A DNA stretch of 43,478 bases from an uncultured Ruminococcus sp. (GCA_964461155.1 CAYWTG010000001.1:1-43478); one strand, 5' to 3'. Positions 8,630 to 18,438 are shown, numbered from the stretch's first letter. Numbers and translations: made by a program. The notes: a model not told the origin generated them from the sequence alone.

Positions 8630-10242
8630 CAGACAAAAAGCGACTTTTATCGGTCATAATATCCGGCGCGATCTTCATTTTGCTCCTTCTCTCGTACCTC
8701 ATCGTGTTCTTGCCGATGTCGCGTGAGAGTGCGGATGCGGACACGGACGGCGAGCTCGTGCTCGAGGAATGGGAAGACACGGGCTACGGAAACACGATCC
8801 TCATGTCAAAGAGAGCGGACAGAGGAAGCATCGCTTCTCTTGACGTCGAAAACTCATACGGAAGCTATCGCTTCGTGAAAAAGAAAGATTCGTCCGGCGA
8901 GAAATTCTTGCTCGAGGGGCATGAGAATATCGAGTACAGCGATATGTCGTTCTCGCTTCTCATCGTAACTACGGGAATCCCGACGGCAAGCGGACGTATC
9001 ACCACCGAGGCGACCGAGGCCGACCTCGAGCTCTACGGTCTTAACGATCCGCAGGCCTCTTGGCGCGTGACGACCGTCTCCGGAGAAGTCTACGAGATCG
9101 CCGTCGGCAACCGAATGCTCTCGGGCGACGGTTACTACGCGATGCGCAAGGATCACCCGACGCACGTTTACGCGCTCAGCACAACTCTCGAGCAGTCGGT
9201 GCTACTCCCCGTTGAGTCGATGCTCAATCCCATCGTCTGCGCCGGTATCGACACGAACAACTATCTCACGTGCGATAATTTCAAGCTCACCTACAACGGC
9301 GACACGGTGCTCCGCATAAGACAGAGAAAATCGAGCGAGTTTTACAATCCCGACGCGCAGGTCGAAACACAGATGACCTACCCCGGCTCATATAAGACCG
9401 ACGACACGTTCTTCCTCGGAAAGATCTCGCTTCTCGATAAATACAGCGTCGAGTCGACCGAGAGCGCGGCGAGCGATATCGAGGCGGTCACTGCGGTATA
9501 CCTCGGCGACGACCCCGAAGTGCTCCGTTCCTACGGCCTCGGAAGCCACTACTACAACATCTCGTTTTCGATAAATGCCGAAGTCGGCTCATCCGTTGTT
9601 TATAACTACGATATCAGAGTCTCCGAGCGTCAGTCGGACGGCTATTACTACGCCGTTTCCAACTACTACGACTACGCGCTCGTGATGAAGTGCCCCGCCG
9701 ATATGTTCTCCTGGATCGACATCAAGAGCTACGAGGACGGCGAGCCGAAGATCGACCTTATCGAGTGGATCGACGAAGACCCGATCATGCTCAACATAAG
9801 CTACGTGGACAGCATCGAGTTAAACCTCGAGGGACGCGAGCTTTCGTTCTCGCTGAAGCACGGCACCGACGCCGACGGCAAGGCGACTCTTGAGGTCGAG
9901 GGCACTGACGGCTTTAAAATGGGCAACAACGACGTTTACATCTTCCGAAATTACTACAAGGTCATGCTCGGAGTCAAGATCATGGCCGACAGCAATCTCG
10001 ACGAGGATGAAGTCGAGTCGCTCATCTCAAACAGCGACAAGCTCCTTGCCTCACTCCGCTTCAATATGAAGGACGGATCGGTCAACGAGTACAGCTTCTA
10101 CAGGGATACGACGCGACGCGCGCTCATGACCTCGGACGGCACGGCTCAGTTCTACGTGCTCTCCGACTGGCTCGAGAAGCTAATCAGCGACACCGACAGA
10201 CTCTATCTCGGACTTGAGATCGACGCTACAATGAAGTATTGA
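8626..10242 (+). CDS. DUF4340-like membrane-anchored protein
   Basis: ATGA start/stop overlap with the GldG-like gene. It has an N-terminal TM and shows the usual GldG-DUF4340 synteny. The family call is from memory of that synteny. Confidence 0.6.
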   Translation: MTDKKRLLSVIISGAIFILLLLSYLIVFLPMSRESADADTDGELVLEEWEDTGYGNTILMSKRADRGSIASLDVENSYGSYRFVKKKDSSGEKFLLEGHENIEYSDMSFSLLIVTTGIPTASGRITTEATEADLELYGLNDPQASWRVTTVSGEVYEIAVGNRMLSGDGYYAMRKDHPTHVYALSTTLEQSVLLPVESMLNPIVCAGIDTNNYLTCDNFKLTYNGDTVLRIRQRKSSEFYNPDAQVETQMTYPGSYKTDDTFFLGKISLLDKYSVESTESAASDIEAVTAVYLGDDPEVLRSYGLGSHYYNISFSINAEVGSSVVYNYDIRVSERQSDGYYYAVSNYYDYALVMKCPADMFSWIDIKSYEDGEPKIDLIEWIDEDPIMLNISYVDSIELNLEGRELSFSLKHGTDADGKATLEVEGTDGFKMGNNDVYIFRNYYKVMLGVKIMADSNLDEDEVESLISNSDKLLASLRFNMKDGSVNEYSFYRDTTRRALMTSDGTAQFYVLSDWLEKLISDTDRLYLGLEIDATMKY

Positions 10243-10251
10243 TAAAGAGAC

Positions 10252-10289
10252 GCGAAAATCGGACGCACCGCCGTCCGATTTCGCATTTT
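10252..10289 (+). terminator. Intrinsic terminator of the ABC-2 operon
   Basis: gcgaaaatcggac...gtccgatttcgc hairpin followed by atttt. Confidence 0.7.
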
Positions 10290-10350
10290 GGCGGGTATAA
10301 AACGCGCCGCACGGGACAAATTATAACAGGTACGGATTTGTCAGTCGGAG

Positions 10351-10731
10351 GTGCGAGTGTTAAGCTATACTATGTCTTTTGCCGTCGGCGCGTTCGTCTA
10401 TACGGCAGTTGAGATCGCTTTCAGAGGATATACCCATTGGAGCATGGCTCTCACGGGCGGCGCGTGCCTTGCGCTCCTTTATATGTTCAACGAAAAGCTG
10501 CCCGCGCGGCACAGCGTGCTAAAGTGGATCGTCGGCGGCCTCTGCATAACCGCAGTCGAGTTCGCCGTCGGCTGTGTCGTGAATCTCGCGCTCGGGCAAA
10601 ACGTGTGGGACTACTCCGATGTGAGATTTAACCTGCTCGGTCAGATATGCCTCCCGTTTTCGCTCGCGTGGTGCCTACTCTCGATACCGGGATTTTATAT
10701 TTGCGATATTATAAGGAAATATGTGAAGTGA
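10351..10731 (+). CDS. Small polytopic membrane protein (CmpB / putative ABC-transporter type IV like), GTG start
   Basis: Four hydrophobic helices. The NVWDYSDVRFNLLGQICLPFSLAW motif resembles PF06541. A ggag RBS sits before the GTG. Confidence 0.55.
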   Translation: MRVLSYTMSFAVGAFVYTAVEIAFRGYTHWSMALTGGACLALLYMFNEKLPARHSVLKWIVGGLCITAVEFAVGCVVNLALGQNVWDYSDVRFNLLGQICLPFSLAWCLLSIPGFYICDIIRKYVK

Positions 10732-10732
10732 T

Positions 10733-11599
10733 ATGAGAAGAAAAACAAAACGCTCCGGCTTTCTCGGAACGCTGATCGGCATTATCGTCATAGCAGTCGT
10801 CTTTTATTTTTATTCGGGCGGCGACACGAAGATCTATCCCGACTCGGAGCTCGAACTGCACTTTATTGACGTCGGGCAAGGTGACGCGTCTATGATAATC
10901 ACCGATGAGGCCGTCGTCGTTGTCGACTGCGGTCCCGTCTCTTCGTCTGATGTGCTGTGCGAGTACATAAGCGCGCGGACGGACAAGATCGACTGCCTTG
11001 TGATAAGTCATCCTCACGAGGATCACATGGGCGGCGCGTCCGCGCTCATCGAGGAGTTCGAGATCGGCGAGATCATCATGGAGGGCTACGACGAGTTTGA
11101 GGACGACGCGCCCGTCTTCTACGAACGTGCATATGACGCGATGGTCGAAAAAGAGCTTTACCCCGTGCTCACGGTGCCGGGAGATATACATACCTACGGA
11201 GACATCACGCTCGAGATCCTCGCGCCGTCAAGCGATTTCGGGGATCGCAACAATAACAGCATAGTACTGCGAGCCGAGGTCGACGGAGTTTCGGCGATCT
11301 TCACGGGAGACGCCGAAAAATCCGCCGAGGCGGCAGTGCTCGATGAGTTTTACGAAAAGCTCGATGCAGATGTGCTGAAAGTCGGCCACCACGGCTCGTC
11401 CACGTCGACCTCCGAGGAGTTTTACGCGGCGGTGTCGCCCGACATCGCGGTCATCTCATGCGGAAAAGACAATTCCTACGGTCACCCCCACGGCGAGACC
11501 TTGCGGATGTTTGAAAATAATTCGCAGGAATACTACCGAACGGATGAGAACGGAAGCGTTGTCATCGTCTGCCGCAACGGCGAACTGTGCCTTAAATAA
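10733..11599 (+). CDS. Membrane-anchored MBL-fold hydrolase (ComEC/Rec2 C-terminal domain-like)
   Basis: N-terminal TM. Motifs: HFIDVGQGDA, SHPHEDHMGG, GDAE, VGHHGS. Confidence 0.8.
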   Translation: MRRKTKRSGFLGTLIGIIVIAVVFYFYSGGDTKIYPDSELELHFIDVGQGDASMIITDEAVVVVDCGPVSSSDVLCEYISARTDKIDCLVISHPHEDHMGGASALIEEFEIGEIIMEGYDEFEDDAPVFYERAYDAMVEKELYPVLTVPGDIHTYGDITLEILAPSSDFGDRNNNSIVLRAEVDGVSAIFTGDAEKSAEAAVLDEFYEKLDADVLKVGHHGSSTSTSEEFYAAVSPDIAVISCGKDNSYGHPHGETLRMFENNSQEYYRTDENGSVVIVCRNGELCLK

Positions 11600-11607
11600 G
11601 AGCAGAA

Positions 11608-11652
11608 ACGACCCTCCCGCGTCGATACGGCGTGCGGAGGGCGTCGTTTTTT
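11608..11652 (+). terminator. Intrinsic terminator
   Basis: acgaccctcccgc...gcggagggcgtcgt hairpin followed by TTTTTT. Confidence 0.75.
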
Positions 11653-11801
11653 GCGCGGGAAAAAGTCGAAAAACTTGCGCGCACCAAGAGCAGTGCACTG
11701 CGAGCGGCAAGGCATGAAACGCGGCATTTCTTCGCTCACTTGTGAGGATGCGAAACGATGCAAAGGCCGACCGTGTCAATGTGAAAAACGCTCATTTTTC
11801 A

Positions 11802-11830
11802 TTGACACGCGGGGCGATACATGGTATAAT
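11802..11830 (+). promoter_or_regulatory. Consensus sigma-A promoter of the TerB/ATPase/helicase cassette
   Basis: TTGACA (11802-11807), 17-nt spacer ending in TGG, TATAAT (11825-11830). Confidence 0.7.
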
Positions 11831-11878
11831 ATAAAGAAACGAACTAATGTTTGAAAGCTGTTTTTCGGGAGGTGCAAG

Positions 11879-13633
11879 GTGAAAGATCGGTTTGATGATT
11901 TCGACGAGCTGTTATTCAATATGTCGCCGTCGTCGCGAAAAACTTACACTCCGCCCAAGCGAAATTCGCACAGCACGGACGGCGTGGAGCTCACACTCGA
12001 AGAAAACGACGAAAAGCTACCTGAGAAAAAGCTCGCCGCGGAGAGAAAGGTCAGAACCGCGCGATATACTGTCCCGGAGGGCGCGGAAAAGCCTTCGAGT
12101 GCGTCTTTTGCTCCGCACGGTGTCGAGAGAGAATATGACGCAAACGGTAGGTTTATAAAGCACGTAAAGATAATAAGCTGGCCGACGAGCGGCGGATTTT
12201 ACGAAAAATTCGCGAAGGACGCCATGGAGTCGCACAAGCTTCGCGGCACGCGCGCGCCGCACGTCCCGTTTTTCTCGTATCTGCCGCGATTCGCACAGAT
12301 GAACGCCGCTCAGTGGGCGTACTACCTCTACATGAAAGAGAGAGCCGCGTGCGGAGTCGGACTTCCCGAAGCCGACCTTTCGTATATCATACTTTACATA
12401 TACGAGATCATAAATCTTGACGGGATCATCCCGCCCGAGCAGGGTGCGGCCATGCTTGCCTCTGTGTGGATGCTTTACCGCAAGGTGCACCCCATGCTCG
12501 ATAAATATATGTCCGAGTGGATGGCGGATTATTGCTTAATACACGGGCTTTCCGTTCCTAAGATACTTTATCCCGATATCGCCTCTCTCGCCGCGCCGAG
12601 CACGGTCAAAGAGTTTTACGCAGAGAGCGTGTTCTCCGACGTGAAGTCCGAGACGGGGCATCTGTTCAGGCTCACGCTGTCCGACTACAACATACAAAAG
12701 AGCCGTTACGCCTCGAAATACGACGATTTTGAAGAGCGATGCAACCGCGTCTTCGACGAGACCGTCGCGGAGCAGCTCGAATGCGAAAGCGGCATATTCG
12801 ACTCGCGACTTCTTCGCCGCATAACGGTCAAGCGTACCGCATTTTGCGGAGCACTTTGCGCGTCGAAGGTCAAAAAGACGCTCGAGCTTGAGCTTGTGAC
12901 GCCGTTCCACGCTCCCGTGATGAGACGGGTCGTGACTGATATCATGAAAGGTGCGGAAAACGCCGTGCGTGCGGGGCTCGGAATACGCTCGCGCCTGAAC
13001 GCACCGCCGCTCACCGGACGCGCGGCAAGTGCCGCAAAGGAGCTCGCCCGCGAGAGCGAATACATCGACCTTTACGCCGCTTTGAGCGATACTCTGTCGC
13101 CCGAAAATGCGGCACTTCTCGAAAAAAACTCATGGCGAAACGCGGAGATACTCACGGATGCGGATCTCGAAGAGAAATTCGACGAAACGGACCTTACGAC
13201 CGCGCCGAGCGTCGCCTCGGTGAAAGATTCATCGACAGTCGCGTCAAGTGACGCATCAAATCCCGTGCCGCCCGATTCCGCCGCCTCCGCCGCTGCACCG
13301 ACGTGCGAAGTTCGTGCGGACATTGAGCTTCAAAACGAGCAAGGGGGAGCACCGGCCGAGGCGGGAAGCGAGACTTTTGCGAAAGCGGACGCGGCACTCG
13401 GCGAGAGCGGTGAGGAGACGCTTCGCGAGGCACTCGGCGAGAGCTTGTACTCTTTGCTGTCTGCCGCCGCCGACGGCAAGTCGTTTGCCGCCGCTTGCAG
13501 AAGCGCGAATGTGTTCGCGGACGACGCGGCACGGCGCATAAACGAGGGAGCTTTCGACATCGTCGGAGACGTGCTTCTCGAAGCCGACGGCACGGACTAC
13601 ATTTTCATCGAAGATTACAGAGAATTTTTATAG
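11879..13633 (+). CDS. sngA: TerB-N / TerB-C domain protein (Shango SngA-like), GTG start
   Basis: GGGAGG RBS lies 6 nt before the GTG. TerB_N-like core: HVPFFSYLPRFAQMNAAQWAYYLYMKERAACG...LSYIILYIYEIINL...VWMLYRKVHPMLDKYMSEWMADYCLIHGL. TerB_C-like tail: ARRINEGAFDIVGDVLLEADGTDYIFIEDY. Confidence 0.7.
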   Translation: MKDRFDDFDELLFNMSPSSRKTYTPPKRNSHSTDGVELTLEENDEKLPEKKLAAERKVRTARYTVPEGAEKPSSASFAPHGVEREYDANGRFIKHVKIISWPTSGGFYEKFAKDAMESHKLRGTRAPHVPFFSYLPRFAQMNAAQWAYYLYMKERAACGVGLPEADLSYIILYIYEIINLDGIIPPEQGAAMLASVWMLYRKVHPMLDKYMSEWMADYCLIHGLSVPKILYPDIASLAAPSTVKEFYAESVFSDVKSETGHLFRLTLSDYNIQKSRYASKYDDFEERCNRVFDETVAEQLECESGIFDSRLLRRITVKRTAFCGALCASKVKKTLELELVTPFHAPVMRRVVTDIMKGAENAVRAGLGIRSRLNAPPLTGRAASAAKELARESEYIDLYAALSDTLSPENAALLEKNSWRNAEILTDADLEEKFDETDLTTAPSVASVKDSSTVASSDASNPVPPDSAASAAAPTCEVRADIELQNEQGGAPAEAGSETFAKADAALGESGEETLREALGESLYSLLSAAADGKSFAAACRSANVFADDAARRINEGAFDIVGDVLLEADGTDYIFIEDYREFL

Positions 13634-13677
13634 GATATTTGAGAGTTAAGACCATTTAGGAATATTACGGAGGAGCT

Positions 13678-15048
13678 ATGAACACCGAACGTATACCAAA
13701 AAGAATACTCGGCTCGCTTTTTTCCGCGATCTCCGCGGGAGTCGTGCCGCGCGTCGGCGCACCGTATGTGGCCATAGGCCGAGTCGAGGAGATAGAGTCG
13801 CTCACCGATCAGCTTCGCCGCGTTGCCGACGGAGAGGGCGGCACGAGATTTATCGTCGGACGCTACGGTTCGGGAAAAAGCTTTTTGATACAGCTCATGC
13901 GCACTTATGCCTCCGAGCACGGATTTGTCAGCGCGGACTGCGACCTGTCCCCCGAGCGCAGACTCGCCGGCGCGGGCGGGCTCGCCACATATCGTGAGCT
14001 CATGAAAAATCTCTCATGTAAGGCATCTCCCGACGGCGGGGCTCTCGGCGTTATTATCGGACGCTGGTATTCCTCGGTCTGCGACAGGCTCACGGACGCG
14101 GGATTTTCACCGAGCGATGAGGACTTCAAAACGCGCGTGCTTCGCGAGATCGTGCGCGACTCGCGCACATTCGAGGGAGCGGTCGGCGGATTTGATTTCG
14201 CACTTGTCGTCAGCGAATACTGCCGTGCATACGGCGACGGCGACGACGAGAAAATGTCGGCCTGCCTCAGATGGCTTCGCGGAGAGTATGCGAACCGCAC
14301 GGAGGCGCGTCGTTCGACGGGACTGCGCACGGTGTCGGTCATCGACGATTCGAACTGGTTTGAGTACATAAAGCTCGTCTGCGCGCTCGTGCGCCACGTC
14401 GGCTACGCGGGACTTTGCGTGTTCATCGACGAGGGCGTGAACCTTTACAAGATAGTCAACAGAATATCGCGAGAGGCGAATTACGAGAAGCTTCTCTCGA
14501 TGTACAACGATACGATGCAGGGCAGAGCGGAGGGACTCATGCTCGTTTTCGGCGGAACTCCCGCTTTTTTGGAGGACACAAGACGCGGGCTCTTCAGCTA
14601 CGAGGCACTCAGAAGCCGCCTGTGCGACAGCAGATTTGTGACCGAGAGCGACGCGAAATTAAAAAACATGACCGGCCCCGTAATACGCCTGCGCCGCCTG
14701 TCCGACGATGAGCTTCTCGCGCTTCTCATGAGACTCACGTCGCTCCACGCGGCATATCGCGCATGGACTCCCTGCGTAAACGAAGAACAGATGACGGAGT
14801 TTCTCACCTCGTCGCTCGCACGCGCGGGGGCAGACGAGATGATAACGCCGCGTGAGATAATCCGCGACTACGTTTCGCTTCTCGAGCTGCTTTTCCAAAA
14901 TCCCCGCGAGAGCTTCGACTCGCTTTTTGAAAACGAGCGTCGCCGTGCTTCGGGCACCAAAGCCACGCGAGAGTCGAGCACCGACGAGAAAAAGGTCGGA
15001 GAGGCGGAAAACTCGCGCCGCATATCCGCAGAGGATATCATATTTTAA
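13678..15048 (+). CDS. sngB: DUF2791 / BrxD-like P-loop ATPase (Shango SngB-like)
   Basis: Walker A IVGRYGSGKSF, Walker B GLCVFIDEG, GGAGGA RBS. It starts 44 nt after the TerB gene. Confidence 0.7.
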   Translation: MNTERIPKRILGSLFSAISAGVVPRVGAPYVAIGRVEEIESLTDQLRRVADGEGGTRFIVGRYGSGKSFLIQLMRTYASEHGFVSADCDLSPERRLAGAGGLATYRELMKNLSCKASPDGGALGVIIGRWYSSVCDRLTDAGFSPSDEDFKTRVLREIVRDSRTFEGAVGGFDFALVVSEYCRAYGDGDDEKMSACLRWLRGEYANRTEARRSTGLRTVSVIDDSNWFEYIKLVCALVRHVGYAGLCVFIDEGVNLYKIVNRISREANYEKLLSMYNDTMQGRAEGLMLVFGGTPAFLEDTRRGLFSYEALRSRLCDSRFVTESDAKLKNMTGPVIRLRRLSDDELLALLMRLTSLHAAYRAWTPCVNEEQMTEFLTSSLARAGADEMITPREIIRDYVSLLELLFQNPRESFDSLFENERRRASGTKATRESSTDEKKVGEAENSRRISAEDIIF

Positions 15049-15072
15049 ACTTAGCTTAAAGAGGGCTGTCAT

Positions 15073-17469
15073 ATGGACGCACAGCGAATATTCGGCTCAT
15101 ACTCACCGTTTATACGTGAGTTTATATACAAGCGCGGCTGGGACTCGCTTCACGATCTCCAGCTTGAGGCGGCGCACGTGATATTCGATACCGACGACGA
15201 TCTTCTGCTTTCCTCGGGCACGGCTTCGGGAAAAACAGAGGCCGCGCTCTTTCCGATACTTTCAGAGCTTCATCGCGCCGCGCCGTGCTCTTTCGGAGCT
15301 TTGTATATCGCGCCGCTTAAATCGCTGATAAACGATCAGTTCGAGAGAATAACGGAGCTTGTCGACGCTGCGGGGATAAATGTCTTTCACTGGCACGGAG
15401 ACGTGCCCGCGTCCGCAAAGGCGCGCGCTCTCAAAAATCCTTCGGGCTTATTGCAGATCACGCCGGAGTCGCTCGAGGCACTTCTCATACGCCGCCCCGG
15501 CGACATTTCGCGACTTTTTTGCGACCTCAGATATGTTATAATAGATGAACTGCACGTGCTCATGGGCACGGATCGCGGCGGGCAGATACTCTGTCAGCTC
15601 GCACGCATTGCCCATGCGACCGGACACGACGCACGACGCGTCGGACTTTCGGCGACGATGGGCGACGCACGCATGGCGGCGCAGTGGCTTTCGGGCGGCA
15701 GAGATCGTGCGATCTCCGTCCCCGTTTCGACCGGCGGCCGACTGAGGATCAGACTCGGTGCGGAGCATTTTTTCATCCATTCAAAGGACGAGGACGCGGC
15801 AGGCGAGGACGCCTACGACGCTTTTCTCGGAAATGAGTACGCACTTCAAGGCGAGAACTGCGCACGTGACGACAGAAGCGGGACTTCGCATGACGCCGCG
15901 CACGGATCGGGCTCGCAAGACGGCGAGCTGCGAGACGACGACTCGAAGTTCGGCGACTCGGAGGCGGATGCGACAAGTGAGTCGGGAAAATACCGCGCGG
16001 ACGCGGGATTTGAATACGTCTACGACTGCGTGTACGGCAAAAAGGCACTTGTATTTTCAAATTCTCGCGAGGAGACCGAGTACGTCACGGCCACGCTCAG
16101 GCAGATCGCCGATCGCAGAGGCGAGGATGACGTTTTTCTCATCCATCACGGAAATCTGTCGGCGTCACTCCGTGAGGAGGCTGAGGCGAAGCTTCGCGAT
16201 GACGATATACGCCGACTTGCCGTCTGCGCCACGGTGACGCTCGAGCTCGGCGTCGACATCGGCAGGCTCGAACGCGTCGTGCAGATCGGCGCACCGAATA
16301 CCGTATCGTCATTTTTGCAGAGGCTCGGTCGCTCGGGCAGACGCGGCGACGCACCCGAGATGATGATGGTCTTCCGTGAGGAAGAACCGCTGTCGGGCGC
16401 GCCGCTCCCCGCGCTCATCCCGTGGGAGCTGCTTCGCGGCATCGCCGTGATCCAGCTGTATGTGGAGGAACGCTTCATCGAGCCGCCGACGCAAGTTAAC
16501 TGCCCGTACAGCCTCATGTTTCAGCAGATACTTTCACTTCTTTGCGGCGAAGGCGCAATGCTTCCGTCGCGCCTCGCGGAGCGGCTGTATTCGCTCCCGC
16601 CGTTTAAGGACGTGCCGCGCGAGGACTGCAAGGTGCTCCTTGCCGACATGATTAATAACGACTTTCTCGAGATAACCGAGGACGGCGAGCTCCTTGTGGG
16701 GCTTCGCGGTGAGCGACTTACCGATTCGTTCAAATTCTTCGCCGTCTTCAAGGACAGCGAGGATTTCACCGTCCGCTCGGGCTCCGAGGAGATAGGCATG
16801 ATAAGCGCGGCACCGCCCGTCGGCGACAGATTCGCGCTTGCGGGACGCGTGTGGGAGGTCGAAGAATGCGATCTTCCGCGACGCATCGTGTACGCGCATC
16901 CGATCAAAGGAAAAATGCAGGTCTCGTGGCCGGGCGACAGCGGTGAGATACACACACGCGTGCTCGAGAGGATGAGGCGCGTGCTGTGCGAAGATACCGA
17001 ATATCCGTATCTGAAAGAGAACGCGATAAAGCGTTTGCGCTCGGCTCGCCGCGTGGCGAGAAGCACCGGCATGACAAGTCGCGAGTTGCTCAGCCTCGGC
17101 GGTGACAGCTTCGTCTGGTTCCCATGGCTCGGCACGCGAGGTATGCGAGCTGCACGCAGATTTGTAAAAAGCCTCGGCGACACCCTCGGAATATCGGCGG
17201 TGGAGTCCGAGAGCACATATATCACATTTCGCTCGGAGCGATGTCAAAATGCCGATGAGATACGCCGACATTTCGCGGAGATCGCCGCAGACGGCATAGA
17301 CGCGTATTCGCTCGTCGGCGAGAACGAAGCTCCCGCATACAACAAATACGACACATTCATTCCGCGTGAGCTGCTCAGACGCGCGTATGTTGAGGACAGG
17401 CTCGCGACGGACGAGCTGAGACTCAGACTTATGCACGGATGCGACGTCGATGTCGGCGCACGATCGTGA
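15073..17469 (+). CDS. sngC: SF2 DEAD/DEAH-box helicase, Lhr/BrxHI-like (Shango SngC-like)
   Basis: Motif I SSGTASGKTEAA, motif II VIIDELH, motif III LSATMG, motif V-like ATVTLELGVDIG, motif VI QRLGRSGRRG. There is a long Lhr-like C-terminal extension and an acidic insert between the RecA lobes. Confidence 0.8.
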   Translation: MDAQRIFGSYSPFIREFIYKRGWDSLHDLQLEAAHVIFDTDDDLLLSSGTASGKTEAALFPILSELHRAAPCSFGALYIAPLKSLINDQFERITELVDAAGINVFHWHGDVPASAKARALKNPSGLLQITPESLEALLIRRPGDISRLFCDLRYVIIDELHVLMGTDRGGQILCQLARIAHATGHDARRVGLSATMGDARMAAQWLSGGRDRAISVPVSTGGRLRIRLGAEHFFIHSKDEDAAGEDAYDAFLGNEYALQGENCARDDRSGTSHDAAHGSGSQDGELRDDDSKFGDSEADATSESGKYRADAGFEYVYDCVYGKKALVFSNSREETEYVTATLRQIADRRGEDDVFLIHHGNLSASLREEAEAKLRDDDIRRLAVCATVTLELGVDIGRLERVVQIGAPNTVSSFLQRLGRSGRRGDAPEMMMVFREEEPLSGAPLPALIPWELLRGIAVIQLYVEERFIEPPTQVNCPYSLMFQQILSLLCGEGAMLPSRLAERLYSLPPFKDVPREDCKVLLADMINNDFLEITEDGELLVGLRGERLTDSFKFFAVFKDSEDFTVRSGSEEIGMISAAPPVGDRFALAGRVWEVEECDLPRRIVYAHPIKGKMQVSWPGDSGEIHTRVLERMRRVLCEDTEYPYLKENAIKRLRSARRVARSTGMTSRELLSLGGDSFVWFPWLGTRGMRAARRFVKSLGDTLGISAVESESTYITFRSERCQNADEIRRHFAEIAADGIDAYSLVGENEAPAYNKYDTFIPRELLRRAYVEDRLATDELRLRLMHGCDVDVGARS

Positions 17470-17728
17470 GGAAAGGACATAATATGACAATAAACGAAAG
17501 ACTTGCCGAGGAACTCGACATTCGTCAAAAACAGGCCGACGCCGCAGTCGAGCTTTTGGACGCGGGCAATACCGTGCCGTTCATCTCCCGCTACCGAAAG
17601 GAGGTCACGGGAGGCCTTGACGACGACATACTTCGCCGACTTTCCGAAAGACTTCAGTATCTGCGCTCGCTTGAAGAGAAGCGCGAGGATATAAAGAAGC
17701 TCATCGACGCGCAGGGAAAGCTGACAGA

Positions 17729-18438
17729 CGAGCTCGCAGAGGCGATCGGCGCGGCGCAGACGGTCACGGAGCTTGACGACCTCTACCGCCCGTACCGTCC
17801 GAAAAGACGCACGCGCGCCTCGGTCGCTCGCGAACGCGGCCTTGAGGGACTCGCGAAGCTCATCACCGAACAGGAAACAGGCGTCGATATCAACGCGGCC
17901 GCAGCCGAATACGTAAACGCGGAGCTCGGCGTGGAAGACGCGCAGAGCGCGATTGCGGGCGCGTGCGACATCATAGCCGAGGATATCTCCGACAACGCGG
18001 ATTTCAGACGAGTCATTCGCACGATGACGCGCACTCGCGGCACGATCGAGTCAAAGAAGATCGCGGACGGCGCGACCTACGAGCAGTATTACGAATACAG
18101 CGAGCCGCTGTCGAAGATACCGCCGCACCGCGTGCTCGCGCTCAACCGCGCGGAAAAAGAGGGAGTTCTCAAAGTCACCGTGCTCCCACCGAGAGAGAAT
18201 ATTCTCTCGTATCTCGAGGGAGAAGTGATAAAAAATCAGGACAGTCCCGCATCCGCTCTCCTGAAAGCGACGAGCGAGGACAGCTACGACAGACTCATTG
18301 CGCCGTCGGTCGAGCGAGAGATACGCGCGGAGCTGTTCGACGCGGCGTCGGAGTCGGCGATAGCACTTTTCTCGAAGAATCTTCGCGGGCTTTTAATGCA
18401 GGCACCGATCAAGGGAAAGACCGTTCTCGGATACGACC
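17729..18438 (+). repeat. Tandem duplication, copy 1 (710 bp)
   Basis: A block-by-block comparison shows it is identical to 18439-19148. The ORF track confirms this with duplicate ORFs at 17783..18043 and 18493..18753. Confidence 0.97.

Noticed and set aside
10733-11599. Calling the MBL-fold gene a competence protein (ComEC)
   Set aside because: Only the C-terminal metallo-beta-lactamase domain with a single TM anchor is present. The polytopic competence channel domain is absent, so no competence function can be inferred.
11879-13633. Annotating the TerB-domain protein as tellurite resistance
   Set aside because: Only the TerB_N/TerB_C accessory domains are recognisable and there is no ter operon context. 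The neighbourhood (ATPase plus helicase) points to the Shango-type cassette instead.
16534-17490. 318-aa and 234-aa minus-strand ORFs inside the helicase gene
   Set aside because: They are antisense to a helicase with a complete SF2 motif set and look like shadow ORFs. The same reasoning applies to 1745..2515, 19427..20239, 21065..21940, 30643..31305 and 32083..32823.
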